From assembly GCA_964533555.1 (NCBI GenBank), contig CAZHMA010000001.1:1-36046 (forward strand): a DNA stretch of 36,046 bases, read 5' to 3'. The position numbers and the translations under genes are program-made. Shown here piece after piece: positions 25,501 through 31,500 of the stretch. Below the pieces are notes generated by a model, which was not told the DNA's origin, did no database searches, and worked only from the letters and a program-made list of their open reading frames with translations. Positions within the stretch are counted from its first letter, which is position 1. Each line of letters begins with the position of its first letter. The DNA comes from an uncultured Eubacteriales bacterium (lineage in GTDB: Bacteria; Actinomycetota; Coriobacteriia; Anaerosomatales; PALSA-660).

Positions 25501-28500
25501 GCGCGGCACGGCACCGCGCTTCCGGCGGCCATCGTCCCGGCGGTCTTGGTCCGGTGGCCGTAGCGCGAGCCTCCGCCGCCCGCGGCACCCGGCAGCGCCA
25601 CTGACTGGACCGCTTCGCCGGTCACGCCGGTCGGGTAGTAGCGGGCGATGTTGGCGCTCGCCGCCGCGCCGCCGGTCCGGTGACACGCCAGGCACTGCGC
25701 CTCGTCAACCGTGTCGCTGTAGGTGGCCACGCTCTGCCCGTTGACGGACGTCTTGAGCAGGTGCACCAGGGAGGACCCATGCTGCTCGTGGCAGGTACGG
25801 CACGACACCGAGGCCGCCGCGCTGCCGTGGCCGTCGACGGCGTAGTTGGCGTCCACGTCCGCCGACGCGCCGGCGGTGACGGTCCACGGGATGAGCGTGG
25901 TTCCGTTGACCGTCTGGGTCGGCAACCCACCGTCATGGCACTTGAGACAGTAGACGTTGGCCGTGGCCGTGGTGGTCAGCGAAGCCGTGTTGTAGATGTT
26001 GTCCGGGTCCGCCGCGGGAACGGCGGCCGTGGCCGCGTGCACGTTGTGGCAGTTCTCGCAGGTGACCTTGGTGAGGTCGTGCTTCGAGGTCATCGCGAAC
26101 TCGGCCTGGGTCGCGTTCGCAGGCGCAGGCAGCACCGCGCCGTACGGCTGCGAGGTCGCGTTGTGACACTTCAGGCACGCCTCTTCGTGCGGCAGGTTGG
26201 AGGTGAACACGCCCAGCGCGCTCAGGATGCCGGCCGAGGCGCTCCAGTGGGTCCCGAACCGGTAGGTCGACGTCTGGAAGCCCTTCGTCTGCTCATCGCT
26301 GTGGCACTTCGAGCAGTTCGCGTTGAACGTCGATGTCCCGAAGCTCGACGCGACCGTGTAGTCGTGCGCCGACGCGTCGAAGACCGCGCCGCCGATCACC
26401 GGAGTGTTCGCCGCCCCGAGGCTGGCCTGATCGGTCCCCGGGTTCTGCTTGGCCAGCGAAGTCGCGTGGCAGCTGACGCAGATGCCCGTCCCGCCGGCGA
26501 TGAAGTCGGTGTTGGCCGTGCTGTTGCCCGCGGCGGCGATGCCGGTGCGCAGGTTCGCGCCCTTGGTGGCGTTGAAGTAGTTGTGGTCGGTGTGACAGCT
26601 CACGCAGTAGACGTCGGTCTGGGAGGTCGGGTACGAACCGAGCGTGGCGTTGGGCGCGATGTCGCCGTCGCCCAGGGCGCCGCCCATCACGTGGTGGACC
26701 GATGCTGCCCGGCCGGGGCCGATCTTGGGAGCGACCCCGTCCTCCAGATTCGTCTGATACGCGATGTGGCACGCGTAGCAGGGACCGCCGCCGGTCGACA
26801 CACCGCCGCTGGGGTTGTGCACGTTGTTGCCGGTCGGGCTGTAGTCGTTGCCGTGGCACACGTAGCACGACTGCGAGTCGGCCGCGTGGTGGCCGTTGAC
26901 GTCCGGAAGCCGAAGGACCTGGCCCGTGGTGGTGGTGACGCGGCTGATGCCCTCGACCTTGTCGGTGGCCAGGACGTTCGCGACCATCGCCGAGCCGTTG
27001 TAGCCCTGCGCGGTCGCATCGCTCGTCGTGTGGCAGACGAAGCAGTAGTTGCGGACGTTGACGGCGGTCGCCTGGTCCGTCGGGCTCATGCGGATCTGGT
27101 TCGCCGTGGCACCGACGGCCACGGTGTTGCCGTTGATCATCGTCCGCACCTGCAGGCCGTACGCGGAGCCCGACCCGTGCGGGTTGTGGCAGTCGTAGCA
27201 CGGAAGTGCGGAGCCTGCCGGCAAGTTGCCCGCGGAGCGCGTCTTGTGGCCGTAGCGCGTGGACGCGGTCTGGACCCCGGTGCCGCCGACGGTGGTCGGG
27301 AAGTACGCGCTCATGTCGCGCCCGGGAGTGCCGTCGTGGCAGTTGAAGCAGAAGCCGGAGTCGGCCTGGTTGTAGTGGTACTGGTCCGCGACGCCGGCGG
27401 CGTTCTCGGTACGCAGCTCGTCGTAGGTGTTGGCGGTCCCGTGGACGTCGTGGCAGTTCTTGCAGTCGCCGCCGGGGTAGAGCTTGCCGGGCCACGTGGC
27501 CGTGGCGGTGGTGTGGAAGCTGCCTGTGTGCGCACCGTTGGCGTCGTACGTCGTGGTGTACACGCCCTGGCCCGGCCAGGTGCCTGCGGTCGGGTAGCCG
27601 GAAGTGGTCAGGCTCGGCACCGGGAACGGCGCCAACGAGGTCGCGTGGCAGGCGTAGCACACCGTGTTGTCGTTGGCGGTCACCACGACGCCGTCGATCT
27701 GGCTGTTCTTGGCGACCCCGTCGTAGTCGCCGAGGAGCTTCGGCGCCTTCGACCCGTGCGCGTCGTGGCATATCAGGCAGGTCGTGGCCGAGTAGAGCGA
27801 GGCGTACCCCGTCAGCGACCAGTGCCCGCGCGCGGCGTTGGTGGACTTGTTCATGTCCGGCTTGACCATCGTGACGGAGACCGGCACGAACGTCGTGTCG
27901 GTGCTGCCGGCGACCGGCGTGGTTCCGTCATGACACTTCAGGCACAGCGCGGCCTCGTCGGACGACGTCCACGCGGCGAGCTTCAGCGTGTTGTCCGGGT
28001 CGGTGGGCGCGTTATTCGCCTTGGTCACGTGGGGGTTGTGGCAGCTCGAGCACTCCACACGTCCCGTGGACAGCGGGTGCGTGGAGACCATCGAGCCTTC
28101 GAAGTTCGCGTAGATGTACTCGGAGGGCGCGCCCATCGCATGACCGGCGCTTCCGTACACATCGAAGCCGTTGCCGGCCTTGCCTCCGGCCAACTCACCC
28201 GCGCGCGAGTGGCAGCGATAGCAGAACTTCTCCTCCATGGGATCGGCGACCGTCGCACCGAGCGCGGCCACGATCCGCCTGCTGGAACTCTCGTGCGTGC
28301 CGAACCGGTACGTCGAGGTCTGGTAGTCCTTGGCCTTGGCGTCGTTGTGGCACTTGGAGCAGTTCGCGTTGAACGTCGCGGACACGCTGAACGACGACAC
28401 GACCGAGTAGTCGTGCGCGGAGACATCGAACGCCGCACCGCCGATGACCGGGGTGATCGTGCTCGGGTCGGCGGTGGCCGAGTTGGCCGATGAGGCCTGG

Positions 28501-31500
28501 TTGGCCGTGTCCTTCGTGATCGCCGTGGAGTGGCAGCTCACGCACACGCCGTAGGTCCCGCCGGACATGAAGTCGGTGTTGGTGGTCGTGCTGCCCGCCG
28601 CGGCGATGCCGGTGCGCAGGTTCGCGCCCTTCGCCAGGTTGAAGTAGTTGTGGTCGGTGTGGCAGCTGACGCAGAAGACGTCGGTCTTCGAGGTCGGATA
28701 CGGGTCGGTTCCCGGTGCCAGGTCGCCCGTGTAGCTGACCGTGTCCGTGCCCACCACGTGGTGGTACATCGAGGTCTTGGCCGGGCTCGCCGCGTCCATG
28801 GTCTGGTACTGCGCGTGACAGGCGTAGCAGCCGATCGCGCCCGGTGAGACGCCCGGGCCCGGACGGTGGACGTTGTAGCCTTCCACGCCGTAGTCGTTCA
28901 TGTGGCACTGGTAGCAGGACTGCGCGTCCCCCATCGCGTGGCCGTTGACGACCTTGAGGCGCAGCCAGTTGTAGCCGCCGTCCGGCCCGGAGGTCGCCCC
29001 GCCGCCGGCCCGGCCGAGGCCGGCGACCTTCATCGTGTTGTTGACGACCGCGTAGGCGCCGCCGACGCTGTCCCATCCGTAGGGGGTCGCGTCGGAGGTG
29101 GAATGGCAGGTCAGGCAGAAGCGGCGAACGCCCGCGGGCCCGGCCGCCGTGCTCAGGTTGGCCCCGAGCGTGTCGCTGATCATCGAGGCGTTGCCGCGGC
29201 TCGAGCCGTGCGGATTGTGGCACTCGTAGCACGGCAGCGGCGCATTGACGGGCAGCGATGCGTCGATGGACTTGATCCGATGCCCCGAGTTCTCGCCGTT
29301 CTGTGCGCCCAGGTACGTGGCGAAGCTCTTGATGTCCGGCGCGCCCATCCGCTGACCGGTGTCATGGCAGGCGAAGCACGACGCGGCGTAGGTGCCGTTG
29401 GCGCGATCGTCCGCCACGGTGGCCGTGGTCGACGGGCCGTAGGTGGTCAGCAGGCTGTCGTACTTGCTCGGCCCGCGGTGCGCCGCGTGGCAGTAGAGGC
29501 AGTCGCCGTCGACCCGCACGTCCGGCGAAGTGGACGCCGGCATCAGCACGTGCGCGTTCTTCGCGCTGTCGTTGTAGACGCTCGCCCCGGGGAACGTGCC
29601 GAAGACCGGATAGCCCGAGGCGTCACGCGTCGGGGCGGCGAGCGCCGGATACGCGGTCCCGTACTTCTGCACGTACCAGTCCTGCGCGTCGTTGTGGCAG
29701 GCCAGGCACCAGGTGTTGTTCTGCCCGGTCACGTTGTTGCGGGTGACCGAGTTGATGGTGGAACGCCACAGCACCGGCCTGGTCTTGAAGTCCATGTGCG
29801 GGGAGTGGCAGGCGGAGCAGGCGTTGGTCAGGTCGCTCGGAGTCGTCGTGTCGACCAGGCTCTCCAGGGTGTGCCCGCTCCGGAGTGCGAAGGAGTTGGT
29901 GGCGCCGGTCTTGATGTTCGTCGTGGACCCGGATCCGTCGTGGCACGCGTAGCACAATGGGGCTTCGCCGGAGCCCGAGCCGAGCGCCGTGAACAAGCCC
30001 TGGTACGTCGCGGCCACGTGCACCTTGTGGCACGTCTTGCACATGCTGGTCGCGGTGTACGTCGTGTGCGGGGACGGCGTCCACGTGGCGGTGACCGGGC
30101 CGACGGCCGCGGACGGCGCCGACTCGTTCGCTGCCGCGTCGTACGCCGAGACCTTGTAGTAGTAGGCCTGCCCGGTCACGCCGGACGTGTCGGCGAAGGC
30201 CGTCGTGGTGGTCGTGCCGATGGAGGCGTAGGTACCGGCCAGGGTGGTCGAACGCCATACGCGGTAGCCGGTCACGGCCACGTTGTCGGTTGACGCGGTC
30301 CACGTGACGCGCGCGATGGTCGGCTCCGTGACGCCCACGCTCACGGCCACCGAACCCGGGACGGTCGGCGCCGTTGCGTCAACGCCGAAGCCCGTGAAGC
30401 CCTTGGTGGCCAGGACGTTGGCGTTGCCCGCCAGGTCGAGCACGGAGTGGCCGACCCCCGGGTCGATGGTGAGCGTGTACGCCGTGAGGATGCCCTGTGT
30501 GCTCGTCGTCAGGCGCACCGTCTTGTTGTCGGCCTGGAGCACCGCCGCGCTGACCGTGAGGCCGTTGTTCATGGCGAAATCGGAAGCCGCGATGCTGCCG
30601 CTCTGGAGCGCCTCGGAGAAGACCACGTCCACGCTCGTGGCGCTGAGCGCTGTGGCGGACACGATGGTCGGCGGCGTGTTGTCGACCGTGATGCCGGTGC
30701 GCGTGGCGGTGGTGGTGTTCGCCACGTTGTCGATCGCCCGCGCGATGAGGGTGTAGGTCGGGGACCCGTTCTGGCCGGCCGGGCTGAAGGCCCACGACAT
30801 CGTCCAGTCCGCCCACGCGTTGGCGGTGGACGCGGGGTTCCACGTCTGGCCGGCGGCCCATGTGCTGCCGGCGGCGTTCCAGTACCAGTTGTCGCCGCTG
30901 CGCTGGATCGACACCGCGACCGCGCTCACGCCCGAGCCGCCGGTGTCGACGGCCGTACCGGTGACGGTGTACGGCCCGGCGGCCGTGAGCGCCGCGTTGT
31001 TGGCGGCGGGCGCCGTGACCGCGACGGTCGGACCGCTGGCGTCGACCGTGAACGTGTTGCCCGCGACCGCCTGGTTGTCCAGCGCCGTCGCGCCGCTGGA
31101 GACCGAGAAGACGGCGCTGCGCTCGACGGCCCCGTTCGCGGCCGTACCGGAGATCACGTACACGATCCAGTACTTGGTGCCGTCGCTGGCCGGGAAGATC
31201 GGCGCCGGGATCAGCGAGACCACCGAGTCGGTACCCGTGAATGTCCCGGTGCCCATGAGCGTATCGGCCACGGTGTAGACGTTGTCGCCATTGTCCTGGT
31301 AGATGCGCACGCCGCTGACGCCGACCGCGCCTGAGTCACGCACCGTCACGAAGGGGGCGCTGAAGCTGGTGGCGCCCGCCACCCGCGACATGGTGAAGCC
31401 ATCGACCCAGACCATCGCGCCCGGCACGACGTAGGCGGCAGCGGGCTGGTTCACCGACTGCACGCGCAGCTTGGTCCCGAAGCCCGTGAAGGTCGTGGTG

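Noticed and set aside
25680-28493. 937-aa plus-strand ORF. Similar ORFs are at 23922-25604, 28866-30293 and 31719-33080.
   Set aside because: All are antisense to the multihaem cytochrome gene. The translations are Arg/Gly/Val/Asp-rich with no recognisable domains. The minus-strand frame carries 45 CxxCH motifs and clear domain repeats.
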